NCBI GenBank assembly: GCA_023515725.1
Contig: JALDTO010000208.1
Location: forward strand, 902,534 to 966,533
Length of the DNA stretch: 64,000 nucleotides
Direction: 5' to 3'
DNA from: Amoeboaphelidium protococcarum X5
Lineage: Eukaryota; Fungi; Aphelidiomycota
Both the position numbers and the translations under genes were made by a program. Below the pieces are notes generated by a model. That model had not been told where the DNA came from. It searched no databases and worked only from the letters and a program-made list of their open reading frames with translations. Below are positions 1 to 12,959 of the stretch, piece after piece. Numbering within the stretch: the first letter of the stretch is position 1; every line of letters starts with the position of its first letter.

Positions 1-992
1 TTCAAACTCCACTTCCATCTATTCTTAATCTTGAGCAAGGCACGAATAAGAATTTTCTTTGGTCGAACAGTAGAAGGATCTGGTGCTTAAGTTAATCGAA
101 GATACTACTTTTCTAGACTCTGATTAGTGCCCACAATTCTACAATTTATATTGTCATGATGAGCTTCTCCATGCACGTCAATTGAGAAAGAGAGAGGACT
201 CAATGTACGGGGCGTGTTATTACCAGTATTCATACCATTTCCACTATCTGCAATGAATCGATTCCGCCTCTATTATAATTTCTATGGAGAGTTAAACTCA
301 GACTCTGCAGTGTGATCAATATGCTTGAATTGCTTAATCTTCTTCTATTATTATTACTATTATTATTGCTGTTATTGATCATTACCATTCAATTGAGTTG
401 GAGACGTCTATTTTCTCTTCTAAGACGCAATACGAGGCGGTTCCTATGAAAGTGATGAATGTGCTACTGCGGCCTTATTACCGCCAACATGTTATGGGAC
501 AGACGTTGCAATCTATTACGCAGCCTGGGAACTACTGCCGTTCCTTCGTGGCTAGGACGAGCTCTATGAAGCTTATTAGGATTAAAGCTAACTAGTCTAT
601 GGAGACTCTCTAACAAACTATATTGGACTTTAAGCAGTTACTACTGATTCTGATTAAGATTTTAATTATTATGCAGCTTTATCTTGATGCTTCCGCTTTC
701 TATTCACACCATTGGCGTAAATTCCCAAAGATATATCCGTAGCCTGTTGCAGTAAATCTTCAATCTACTCATTCTAATAACTGTTCCAATCTAAAGTCCA
801 CAACTATCGACTCTTTTTTACATCATTAATGATCTCACTTATACTCTGTGTGATGGTGTCTCTCAGCGGAGATCCCTTTGGAATTCGTTTAAATATTCTC
901 TGGACCCATTTATATAAATCTGGAGGCCACTTCTTCTCCTATTATTACTACTATTACTACTATTATTAAACCTACTGCTAACCACTAGACAT
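1..992 (-). CDS. THP3: THP3/LENG8-like SAC3/GANP family protein (3' part runs off the window)
   Basis: With TAR=Gln, one open frame from ATG 992: MSSGQQQVQQQQ...KKWPPDLYKWVQRIF...LWTLDW..., then IVGTNQSLEKQYLRLTQAPDPSTVRPKKIL, the LENG8/Thp3 signature. Confidence 0.85.
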
Positions 993-1314
993 ATTCAAAT
1001 ACAAAATTGCTATTAACTTATATGCTTAAATAGAACAACAGAGAGCTGTCCCGTACTGTATATAATGCGTCTCTATCTCAACACAACTGGCCGGTAAGTG
1101 AATTTTAGAGAAAAAGTTGAGAAGAATTTCGCGTTTTAAGAAATTCGTCATTAAGTTGCACGTGTCAACTAAAACTACAGTAAACAAGTAAGAAATAAAA
1201 CACACAAAGAAGCCTATAATACCCTTATTATAATATCTCTTTATTGTTCCTATAATTCTTTTCATTTCGTATTTTACTTCATTAAATTTACCTCAACTCA
1301 GAACGTATTTCAAC

Positions 1315-4300
1315 TCAGTGACCAATGATCAAAGCCAAAAGAGCCATGCGAACATACAAGCCATACTTCATCTATCTGAAGTAGGCAGCGCGAGAGTCAA
1401 AGTCAACTTCAGGATCAATTTCATTGACTCTTGGCAGTGGATGCATCAAGATCATGTGAGCCTTGGCCTTCTGCATAGTGGTATTGGTAATAGTGAACGC
1501 ATTCTTTACGCGTTCATACTCCTTCGCATCAGTGAACCGTTCCTTCTACACACGAGTCACGTAAATGACATCGGAGCGTGTAATCAGATCATCACTCAAC
1601 TCCTGGAACTGCTACTACTACAGGCCGGCCTTGGATAGTTCTTTCACCAGATCTTGCGGCATCTCAAGGCCAGGCGGTGCGACATAATTCACCTTGACGT
1701 CGTACAGAGCGAGAATCTTCACCAAACTGTGCACAGTTCTGCCATTCTTCAAATCACCAACCACGGTAATGTTGAGTCCATTGACAGTTCCCAGCTCCTC
1801 TCTGATAGTGTACACATCCAGGAATGCCTGAGTAGGATGTTCACCAATACCATCGCCAGCATTAATCACAGGCACTTTCGAGACCTTGGCAGCCTATTGA
1901 CACGATCCAATTTCAGGATGACGCAGAGCAACAGCATCGGCATAACATGCCACAGTTCTCACAGTGTCCTCCAATGATTCCCCCTTCTGAACGGATGAAC
2001 CTTGCTGTGACACATTCACCACCTATCCACCCAGTCTAATCATTGCAGTCTCAAAGGAAACACTGGTCCTCGTAGAAGGCTCATAGAATAGATTGCATAA
2101 AACTTTACCAGCCAGAATATTAGCAGAACCATGTCTCTCCACAATAGTGCGCATTTCGTGGGCAGCATTAAATAGAATATGCAGCTCGGCGCGAGTAAAC
2201 TGCTTCACACTCAAGATGTTCTAACGATAGAATGGTGTCTTGGTCAATTTACCAGCCTCTGACGGTGTGACACTAGCCTCTCTTGCGCGTCTGCTACCGA
2301 GATGTTCTTGACTTTACGTGACAATCTAAGATTGACTCTGGACAGGGGAATGTTGCTTTTTGTGTTTCAGCAGATCGCCTTCTTCACTTGATTGATACGC
2401 AGCTCTAGGGGCAGCATCTACAGGTGCACTCAACGCACCGGTACCAGACATTGCTGAAACATTAACCATGTTCAGCGTCTGCCCAGTCTTTGGAGCTGTG
2501 TCCACGTAGCGACCATCGATGACAATAGCATTCTGATTCACAACCACTCTAGACACACTGCCTACCAGTCTCTACTGAGACACTGCTTTGTCACTAACCT
2601 GCACCACTCTATCAACTTCAACCTCAACATAGCAATCATCTTTAGGAACGATGGACAAAATCTTGGCAGGATTGATGTACAGCTTTTGCATAAGCGACTT
2701 CATAGACAACTTTCCATCCATCACAGCAGTCATCAGCTGTGAAACGAGATTGCAGTCTCCGCCATCACCATTCACATGATCACCGCTTGAAAGACAATCA
2801 ATATGCTCGACATTTTGCCATACTGCAGACTCGGTATCATTTTGACTACAGAGGAAAGAGATTGGCACATCAAAAGTCACATTCATTCCGCGCTTTTTTG
2901 CCAGTACTAGTATAGCGATATCACAATCGCTTTACACACCACTGACATGAACTTGTATATCACCAAGACTAGCAAGAAGCAACACAGAGGTGAGCTATTA
3001 TTCAGAAGCTCTGACAAATAGTCTCTGCTCCACACCACTTTTCAGCTAAGCGAATAAAGACTACAACTTTGCCAGATCAATGGCATTCTGCGTCAAATCA
3101 AGACAGAATCTACCAGAAGAAACATTCAGTACATTGTCAGCTTGCAGCGCCTCAGATTGAACGAAATTAACATCCAACTCGCCGTCAACTTTCTGATTAC
3201 ACCAGAAATGAGCGACGCCAAAACCATTCTGTACCAGATTCTTTGATACCTACTTCGCCTGAGACACGTCTGAAAGATAGCACCCAACATCGATAAACGC
3301 TGGCAACTTAACAGTCTAATGGCTGCTTTGACAATCCAAGTGCGTGACATCCAAAGGAAACTATCTAGTAAGAGCTTCCACAAACAACTTGGCACATTTG
3401 ACATTTGTAATCAATGGGATGGACATGTCCACCGCCAATCTTCTAGAGATGTATCCTTTCGACATGTAACTAGCTGGTCTTCTGTACTTATTACGCGATG
3501 GCAAATTGATGTACAAGTCAATCAAGTTGTTGGACAAATGTTCATGCAAACTATACTCTGGCTTACCCTAACTCTATGGATGGTCCTCATAACTCTCCAA
3601 CATCTTCACCGGAATACCGTGCTCAGAAATAAAATCTGCTGTACCAGCAGTGGCATAAATCACAAATCCCATTTTCATAAGCTTGAACACTGACGGTAAG
3701 AACTCCTACTTCTCCTTATACGATCCAATAGATAAAAGAATATTCTTCTTTGGCATCTTGAAGCCAGTTGAGAGCAGCGCCTTCAAATAAGCTTCATACT
3801 TATCGCGACCAAAGCAAGCCACTTCTCCGGTGGAAGACATTTCGACACCCAGCACAGGATCAGAACCGCTCAATCTACCAAAACTAAACTGAGGTACTTT
3901 GACGCATACAAAGTTCCTTCCATCTCTACGTGATTTAAACACATCATCATACGGAAGACCAAGCATAATCTTAGTGGCCAGCTCAATCATATCCACACCA
4001 AGTACTTTAGACACAAATGGGAAAGAACGTGACGCTCTGACATTACATTCGATAACTTTAATCTGATTATCTTTGGCAATAAACTAGATATTGAAAGGCC
4101 CAGTAACATTCAGAGCAGTAGCAATCTTCTGTGTAGCCTCTTCAATCTTGCGCACTGTAATTTTTTCCAAGTCCTGTGGCGGTAGAATCAAAGTCGCGTC
4201 TCCAGAGTGGACGCCAGCATTCTCCACATGTTCACTTATGACTTGGTGAATTACAACACCATCCTTTGCCACAGCGTCCATTTCAATCTCTTTCGCATCT

Positions 4301-7300
4301 TCAATGAACTTGCTGATAACTACAGGATGTTCCTGAGACACGGCGACAGCTTGCTTAAGATAGCTTTCCAAATCCTCAGCAGAATAAACGACATTCATCG
4401 CTGCACCACTGAGCACGTATGATGGTCTAACTAGAACGGGAAATCCAACCTTATCACAGAACATCTGGGCATCATTCAAATTGGATAACTCTTTCCACTA
4501 TGGCTGATCCACTTCAATGCTATCGCACATTCTGCTAAATTTATATCTGTTCTCTGCACCATCAATCTACTCCGGACTGGTACCAAGAACCTTGACATTC
4601 TCTCTATGCAGTTGCAGTGCAATATTATTCGAGGTCTAGCCACCCATACTCACGACAACACCAGTAGACTATTCAAGCTGATAAATATCCAACACTTTCT
4701 CAAGCGTAATGTTTTCAAAGTACAATCTGTCCGCTTCATCATAATCAGTACTTACAGTCTCAGGATTAAAGTTGATCATAACAGTCTTTTAGCCATTCTC
4801 GCGCAGAGTTCTGATAGTTCTCACAGCGCACCAGTCGAACTCGACAGAGCTACCAATTCTATACACACCAGAGCCGAGTACAATGACACCAGAGTCATTA
4901 AATTGAACGTCGTGACTGGATGCATTATAAGTCATATAAAGATAATTGGTGAACGCCGGAGATTCTGCTGCAACAGTGTCAATCTACTTCACAAATGGAA
5001 GTATGCCATTCTCCACACGATACTTCCTAACGGCCATTTCAGATGAAGCGACCAATTGAGCAATCTGTTTATCAGCAAATCCAATCTACTTGGCATACTT
5101 GAGGACAGGCACTGGAATAGCTGAAGACTTGAAATCACGAATACGTTTGTCAAGCTGCACGATTCCGTACAACTTATTCAAAAACCATTTATCAATCGAT
5201 GTCAACTGCCACACCTGATCAACGGTGAACTTGCCCAAATGGAACGCTCTGGCAATGGCAAAAACTCTCTTGTCGGAGGGATGTCTAAGCTCGTCTTCAA
5301 TCTCACTATCAGGCACAATCTGATTATCACTGAATCCCAAGAACTGACCATCAATGCAACGCAGCGCCTTCTAAATCGTCTCCTCAAAAGATCTACCAAT
5401 AGACATAACTTCACCGACACTCTTCATAGCAGAGCCGACTTTAGTACTCACGCGAGTAAACTTTTTCAAATCCCAACGCGGCATCTTCACGACGACATAA
5501 TCCAGACTAGGCTCAAAGCAGGCACAAGTCACCTTGGTCACATTGTTTTTGAGTTCATTCAGTGGAATATTGAGACCAAGCTTAGCAGCAACGAAAGCCA
5601 ACGGATAACCAGTAGCTTTGCTAGCCAGAGCAGAAGAGCGCGATAATCTAGCATTGACTTCGATAATACAATACTGCTTGGTGTCTGGATTTAAAGCGTA
5701 TTAGATATTACACTCACCAACCACGCCCAAGTGACGAATGACGTTCACCGCGGTAGATCTAAGCATATTATAATCTTCATCAGACAAAGTCTGTGATGGA
5801 CACACGACTATACTATCACCAGTGTGAATACCGAGCGGATCGAAATTCTCCATGTTACAGACTGTGATACAGTTATCATTACAATCTCGCACCACTTCAT
5901 ACTCAATCTCCTTCCAGCCTTTCATACTCTTCTCCACCAAAACTTGCGGACTCACAGCGAAAGCCTTATTACACAATTCAGTCAATTCCTTCTCATTCTA
6001 CGCAAATCCACTCCCAAGACCGCCTAAAGCAAAAGCAGCTCTGGCAATAACAGGATATCCAATCTTGCGTGCAGCATCTAAAGCTTCCTTGACGGTTTAC
6101 GCACTGGCACTCTCGGCACATTTTTCACCAATCTCTGCCATCTTGCAAGCAAATAGTTCTCGATCTTCAGTCATAATCACAGTCTCTATCGGAGTACCCA
6201 AAACTTTGACACCCAACTACTCAAACTCATCCTTCATCTTGATACCACAATTAAGTGCAGTCTAACCACCAAACGAGACGTAAATACCGTCAGGCTTTTC
6301 ATGCTGGATCACTTTACGCACGAAATCAGGAGTAATAGGGAGGAAATAGACCTTATCAGCTAATCCTTTAGACGTTTGAATGGTGGCGATATTCGGATTG
6401 ATCAACACAGTGTAAATACCTTCCTCTTTCAGTGCCTTGATTGCCTATGAGCCAGAATAATCAAATTCTCCAGCCTGGCCGATACTCAGTCCACCAGATC
6501 CCAAAATGAGAACCTTCTTGACATTGACTCTGTTTGGCTTGACCACTTCCGCGGAACTCGGGAAAGGAAACTAAGCTAATTTGCCACTAACAGAACAGCT
6601 GCGCACTACTTCAATGTACTTTTGAAATAAGAATTCAGTATCCTTAGGGCCAGCATTGCTTTCAGGGTGGAACTGGACGGAGAAATATGGCAGTGACTGG
6701 TGGTAAATTCCTTCGTTAGATCCATCATTGGCATTGACAAAATACTCCTTCCATCCATCTGGTAGAGTTGAAGCATCAACTGCATATCCATGATTCTGAC
6801 TAGTGATGTAACAACGACCAGTCAGCAAATCAGTACATGGAATATTATGACCACGATTACCAAACTTCATTTTACTGGTCTGGGCACCGGCAGCTAGAGC
6901 TAACAACTAGTGACCAAGACAGATACCAAAGATTGGCTTAGTCTGACTTTTGATTAACTAAGAAAGCTTATTGATGACCTTTTGACATTGCTTTGGATCT
7001 CCAGGACCATTACTCAGAAACAGACCATCATACTCTGCCTATTTAGCCACAATATCATAGTCATGAGGAACAACTAAGACATCAACGCCATACTTGTTAA
7101 AGCAACGAATCTAGTTGTACTTCATACCAACGTCCAAAGCTAAGATTCTCAGAGGTCTTCCGGAAGAGCCCACCACTGCAGAATCTTTTGGAGCAGCATA
7201 CAACTTTGGCTCTTTACAAGACACCTTTGCCACCAGGTCCAGTTCATTAGGATCTTCAAAAGGCAAAGAGACGAAATCGTTCGCGGAGAACTCCTGACCA

Positions 7301-7857
7301 AACAACACTGGCGAACTATCACCAAAGACAATACTACCCAGCATGGATCCATTATCACGAATCATCTGCGTCAGCACTCTAGTATCGATACCCCATAAAG
7401 CAGGGACTCCCTCCTTCTTCAACCATGCAGCTAGGGATGACTTGGCAAGATAATGAGAATACTCCTCCGTGTAACTGGCTACAATAAGACCAGCAACGTG
7501 GATCTTGTGACTCTCAAAATAAAGCGGTAAGTCGTTCAAGGCTTTATCCACGTCCTGCCATGAGGGGACACCATAATTACCAATCAGCGGGTAAGTCAAC
7601 ACCAGAATCTAGCCACAATAGCTAGGATCAGTCAAACTCTCAACATATCCAACCATTCCTGTCTAAAACACCAGCTCACCAGACACACTCTTAGTTGCAC
7701 CAAAGGATATGCCTTGATAAGCAGAACCATTCTTCACCTTGAGTAGGCCAATCTCATGATCACCATTCAGATCAGGCAGAGAGGCAAGATCGTGCGTGAT
7801 ACCAGGAGAACTTGGTTGACTCTCAACTATTCCACCGTTTGGTTATTGCAAAGTCAT
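1315..7857 (-). CDS. URA2: Multifunctional pyrimidine synthesis protein (GATase-CPSase-pseudo-DHOase-ATCase), 2180 aa, intronless
   Basis: Single frame from ATG 7857 to TGA 1315. Motifs [76 protein letters not shown]. All CPS/ATCase fragments in the ORF track share this frame. Confidence 0.97.
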
Positions 7858-8254
7858 GATCAACAATTGAACTCTTTTACGATAATAGTCTTCGTAGAAT
7901 AATGAAAAGGCTGGATTGAATATCAAAGCTAGATGCTACTAGGTAGATACGACTAAATGATGTTGTTGATATCAGGAGAAGATCAACGGCGGCAACGGAA
8001 CGCGAAACGATCGGTCGAACGACGCGTTTCGGTTGACGAGTGTGGCGCATTTAACGAATGTTGTTGTGTCTCGGCCTTGTAAAAGATCTCGTTTCACCTC
8101 ATCACTTTACTACCCGTCTTTGGAATGACGTGCGCAAGTGAAACGTTTTCAAAACCTTGTATCCAGAAATTCGGTTTTTATAATAATTATCTTTGATTTT
8201 AGCATATTACACTGTTTACTTCTTCTCATTAATATATCTCGAATAGTTTCAATA

Positions 8255-9504
8255 TCAAAGCTTTGCGTGATTCTGTCTTAGGCCGTGTTGTAAGTAATCT
8301 TCTAATCCAGTTTGAGCTATCTGCCAAGCAATTTGACAACATGGATCTGCATATGACGCGTACTATTGTGCTACAGAATCAGAAGCAGACGCTTGGCCAC
8401 GAACTAGCCTAGCTCCTATTCCCTACAATATCACAGCCATTCTGAAGAAGGAGAATGACACACAGAAGGGCCAGATGGCTTTCAACCTGTCATAATCTAT
8501 AATTTTAACTGCATTACAGTATTGTTGCAGGAACATAGATACATGAGGAACTACAAAACTTGCAGATGACTTCTCAAAAGAATAAAGACCACCTTAATAT
8601 TAAGCCAATCCTGTCATGCCACCTACAAAGGTCCCATGAATATAAAATGGCAGTAATAAGTTTGCAAGATCACTTAAAGCGCCAGGATAATCAGCAACTG
8701 ATGAGAGTTCCCAGTCCAATACGGCCGCAACTTAACACTGCTCATCATTGCTAAATATACAATTATCCAACTTGTAGTCGCCATGAACCACAGTTGATCT
8801 AGTCGCAAACTAACTGAACTGATCAATTGAACCACTATAGAAATCAATCAGATCATCAAAATACATCAACTTGGCACCAATGACTTGAGCTTAGCTTTGA
8901 GAAACTTTACCAAGAGTGTGAACTTATCGCTCGTAAAAGGAACCAGGCTTGTAGATTTTCTAAAGATTAGGATAGAGTTAAACATCAACCGAGTGAATTT
9001 TAGCAAGTACACTTATTAGACTGCCATAAACATCCACAATTGCATATTTATTTTAAGGCATGGATAAACACACGTCTCTGACATCTTTATAATTCGGACC
9101 GGCGACATATTACATCAAGTAAAACTCAGTTCCAATCACCGACATATTGCGACAATAGTTCAACATTTTAGGGACAGGGACGTCACACGTTGACATGGCT
9201 TCCATCATAATAAACTCTCGATAAATATTGTGAGCCGTCTGGGATAATAGTTTACCATGAGGCTTTCTACGCAACACCAACTTATGCCCATCGCATTCCA
9301 ATAAGTATGTCGGATTAGATTGGCCTTGTGAGAACTTTTTGACTCGAAACTATTTTTCACCATTAAGCATCAATTGTTAATGTAGGTACTCCTTGAGCTA
9401 TCCAAGATCAATACCAAGCCTACACATAAATCAGTTTAAGTAACAACAATTTTAGTCTCACGTAAGAAGTATTATTACTCTTATTCAGAACTTTGCTGGC
9501 TCAT
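8255..9504 (-). CDS. APH/ACAD10-11 N-terminal-like phosphotransferase ending in PTS1 (AKL). Probable intron 9420-9478; alternative start ATG 9427
   Basis: KFSQGQSNPTY, LVLRRKP, HNIYREF, VHGDYKLDN, AVLDWELS, FRMAVILQGI; ends NHAKL-TGA. Exon 1 model (GTAATA...TGTAG) is tentative. Confidence 0.85.
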
Positions 9505-9818
9505 ATTGGAATGGTATATGTGATCGAACGACGCGATACGAAAGATGAAAAGACGATTTGCCAGAGCTCGTTAACAAAACTGACATGATTATAAAATTAT
9601 AAAAAGACCCCTCGTTATCTTCCGAACTAAAACATAACCAAATCAGGCGAATCTTAAAAAAAGACCACTTGTAAAAGTCGTCCACAATGCCAAGTGACTC
9701 ATATTGCCTATTTGGGAAGAGTTGAAATCTGAAATGTGAAACATCGCGTTTCGTCACGCCTCTTTTCAATTCTGTTTCAACTAACAGAATTTGCAAGTTA
9801 AATATAGGTTTATAGAGT

Positions 9819-10750
9819 ATGTTCACTATTTTGGCTATACTTTTGGTCATATTGAGTACGCTTACTAGTCTTAAGGGCGACTTTATAGCTAAAGACTATT
9901 CTGGCAATTGCTGCGATGATATTAGCAAGTGTCGCAATAGCGCGGGGAAGTGCGGAACTGGCCCGGAGTATTGGTAAGCTTGTATATACTATCAGTGTAT
10001 TATAGAGTCAGCGCGATATATCCATGTAGTGGCTGCGACTGTGTTTGTGGAGCTTGCTTAACTTTCAGACCTTCTATATTCCCGAAAGTGAGCTATCCTC
10101 GTTCTGATATCGAGGAATTTGATGGTTTCAGACACTTCAACTTTACCGTGGACTACTGCCCAAACAATGTATGGATGAAAGACGGTGTAATTACTTTGAG
10201 AATGGACTCTGTCTGCGGTACTCGTTTATCTTCAAAGAAAAAGTTTAAAGAAGGGTACTTTGAGGCTAGAATTAAAACAGCAACGACGTCCGGTGTGGTC
10301 ACATCATTCATACTGATGAGCTCACGCGATCCACATGAGAAGGCTGATGAAATTGATTTTGAATGGGTGGGTAAGATTAGACGCAACGTTTAGACTAATT
10401 TCTTTGTGGATTCTGTGCTGAATTACACCAATGTGGAAGGATTCACATCTCCTTATGACACGTCTGAAGTATTTTAGACTTATGCTATTGATTTCAACAA
10501 GAAGCGCATAAAGTATTACATTAATGGGAACGTTGTCAGAACTGTCAAAAATGATGGAGTAAATCCGTATCCAAAGAGGCCTATGCATGTTTAGATTGGA
10601 ATTTGGTAAGTTTTCTGTACTATTGGATGATGTTTCATGCGCAATATTTGTAGGGACGGCACTCAAACATCTGGATGGGCTGGTACAGTTGACCATACCA
10701 AAGGTCCATTCTATGTTTACGTTGATTACGTAAGATTTCGCTACACGTGA
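9819..10750 (+). CDS. Secreted GH16 (Crh/Utr2-like) glycanase or transglycosylase with N-terminal Cys-rich hevein/CBM18-like module; join(9819..9973,10030..10605,10654..10750)
   Basis: Signal peptide MFTILAILLVILS; KCGTGPEYCGC; SGVVTSFIL; catalytic DEIDFEW; QTNFF; GIWDG...GWAG. Two GTAAG...TGTAG introns restore the frame. Confidence 0.88.
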
Positions 10751-11136
10751 TGATTGTTATAAGTTATTGTATGAAACGAATAAATGTGAATTTCTTGATT
10801 AAATTTGGCAGTCAAAGAATAGTAAAGTCGGTTTCGAGTCAACACTTTACCAGAGGATCATGCACATCGGAACTCAATAATAGACAGCCTACAAAGACGC
10901 AGGGCACAAGAGCTGAATTTATTAAAATCGTATTAAAATCATTCTATCACTATGCTTATATTGATAGCCAAATGTGGCGCGTATGAGTTTGCTTGCGATG
11001 CAACTATTATCGACTTGAACGACTTATCACAGTTAGGCGCACATGAAACAATGATGACCAAACATTGTTAGAAAAGGCCGCTGATACTTTGTCAATCTAG
11101 GCGCGAAATTCCAGAGTACCAGGATCGATTCCTGTA

Positions 11137-11208
11137 GGCGCTATTGTGTAATGGTTATCACGTCAGACTTTGACTCTGGAGACCTTGGTTCGATTCCGAG
11201 TAGCGCCT
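11137..11208 (+). tRNA. tRNA-Gln, anticodon UUG
   Basis: Acceptor stem GGCGCTA/TAGCGCC; D arm GTG-TAATGGTTAT-CAC; anticodon arm TCAGA-CT TTG AC-TCTGG; T arm CTTGG-TTCGATT-CCGAG; U73 discriminator. Confidence 0.93.
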
Positions 11209-11209
11209 A

Positions 11210-11214
11210 TTTTT
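11210..11214 (+). terminator. Pol III T-run terminator of the tRNA gene
   Basis: TTTTT immediately 3' of the tRNA. Confidence 0.6.
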
Positions 11215-11546
11215 GGTACAGATTTCAATGCTCTCTTGATTAAAATTTTGCAACTTGTGTCTATAGATAGACCATGTTAATTTTAGGATACTTTTTATAT
11301 CTCATAGCGTCCTACTGCTGACGCTGGAAACGTTCTTCTAACAGACCACCAAATTGGCTGATCAGACCGCGAAGTTTGAAACTGCTTTGTCAAAGTATTG
11401 AAATACGTTGCAAGACTGAACGTGACGTGCTATAAGACTATGAGGCCTCGTATTTGCTGAAAAAAAATAAGTATGTCTGTAAAGTGAAAAATACAAACAT
11501 TTCTGCACACTAATGAATATGAATAAATGCCATGTCAAAATTATGA

Positions 11547-12959
11547 TCAGTAGACGTAAGGAATCAGCTACCATCTGACCAGCTTCTTGTAATCCTCCCA
11601 ATATTTTCCATACTTGCCAGAGCAGCGAGCATCGTCACGGCGGATTCTAGTCAACAACAGAATAGTCATGTAAATAATGTAAAAGTATGGCAGCAGGTGC
11701 TGGAATCCACAAGCAGCACACATTGCAAAAGACAAGATCAAATCACCAGTGTAGTTGAAATGTCTTGCCAATCCCCACCAACCAGAGGCCAATAGAATTG
11801 AAGAATGTTCCTTTCCGTCGGTAGTAGTGTACTTGGCACGTACAAACTTGGCAGGCTTGCCCCAGATCAAGCAGTTGCCGTCATGCTTACGTACAAAGTC
11901 CTTCTGGTGATTGACAGCTCTAAAAATGTAATAGCCAAACATACCAACACCAAAGACGGCAGCGCAGACAAGCGGGTGCAAGTCAACAGGATTGCGGACC
12001 AGATAGTGCGACTACAGAGTGTACATGAATGGCAACCAGCATGCATCACCCCAAGCCAGATAGAATCCCATATGATCATGGCATATGTCTACAGTCTTCA
12101 AGTACCACTCCTCATTAATGAAAAAGTCAATAACATACAAAAAGTGCAGCCAGTTGACCAACACCATAGAATTGGTGACATATCCAATCTGCTAGTACTG
12201 GGCAGCAGCAAACGACAAATTAATCAGAGTCCAAGCCACAATTCCGATACGACCATTGTGAAACAACTTGAAATCCCACAGCTTTCCGAAACGAGGATTA
12301 AATTCGATGCCGAAAAAGAAATCGTAAATCAGCGAGCCAGAGAACTTGCGATCGCCCGCATGCGTAGGGAACAGGTGAGCTTTGACATAAACAAATGCAG
12401 ACAGAAAGTATCCATATACATTGGTAGCCACCAGCAAAGTTCCCCAGTAATCATAGATAATGGTAGGACTGAACAGCTTGAAGTAGAAAGATCCAGCGAT
12501 AAAGAGCGCGTGGGTCAACATCCAAGCCTGCAGTCCATTCACATTGTATTGTAACAAGTGTCCAGCAGGTGTGTTCTGGCCATATGCCAACTTGCCAGGC
12601 AAGAACGCGTGCAACAGACCCTGGAAACCCAGCCATGCAGCATACAACTTCATGCCATTCCAGTCAATAGCAGGCAACTTGTCGACAATCACGGAACGGA
12701 AAGCACTTTCAGTAAAGCCAAGCTTGTAGAGGAGAGTTAGCGGTTCAGACAGGGAGCACTGGTAACTATCGCATGCCATCCAAAAGTAGACAACCATGAA
12801 AGGGCAGAAGGCCATTATCATTGCACAAGTAGCGACACTGACAAAGTCTGGAGCATGCTAGCGACCCCATGTCGGGTTTTGATGTTGCTGCAACTTCTTC
12901 TTTTGCAACAGTGCAGTTCTGTTGTCAGCACTTGAAGTCTGAGGCTCTGCGACAGTCAT
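11547..12959 (-). CDS. DHCR7: 7-dehydrocholesterol (sterol delta-7) reductase, 470 aa
   Basis: WGR...[20 protein letters not shown] (DHCR7-specific N-terminus), [58 protein letters not shown]. Frame is open from ATG 12959 to TGA 11547. Confidence 0.92.

Noticed and set aside
1026-1265. 79-aa minus-strand ORF from the track
   Set aside because: AT-rich spacer between URA2 and THP3 with no recognisable motif.
1315-7857. URA2 (and most other genes) as stop-riddled pseudogenes
   Set aside because: The interruptions are only TAA/TAG, never frameshifts or TGA, and fall at conserved Gln sites, so this is recoding rather than decay.
11051-11134. ATGATGA...CTGA (box C/D-like) and a T-arm-like CAGGATCGATTCCTG just 5' of the tRNA
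   Set aside because: The C-to-D spacing is only about 34 nt and no second cloverleaf or acceptor stem can be formed.
11805-12554. 249-aa plus-strand ORF, and similar antisense ORFs over URA2, RPL7A and fungalysin
   Set aside because: Antisense shadows of well-supported genes.
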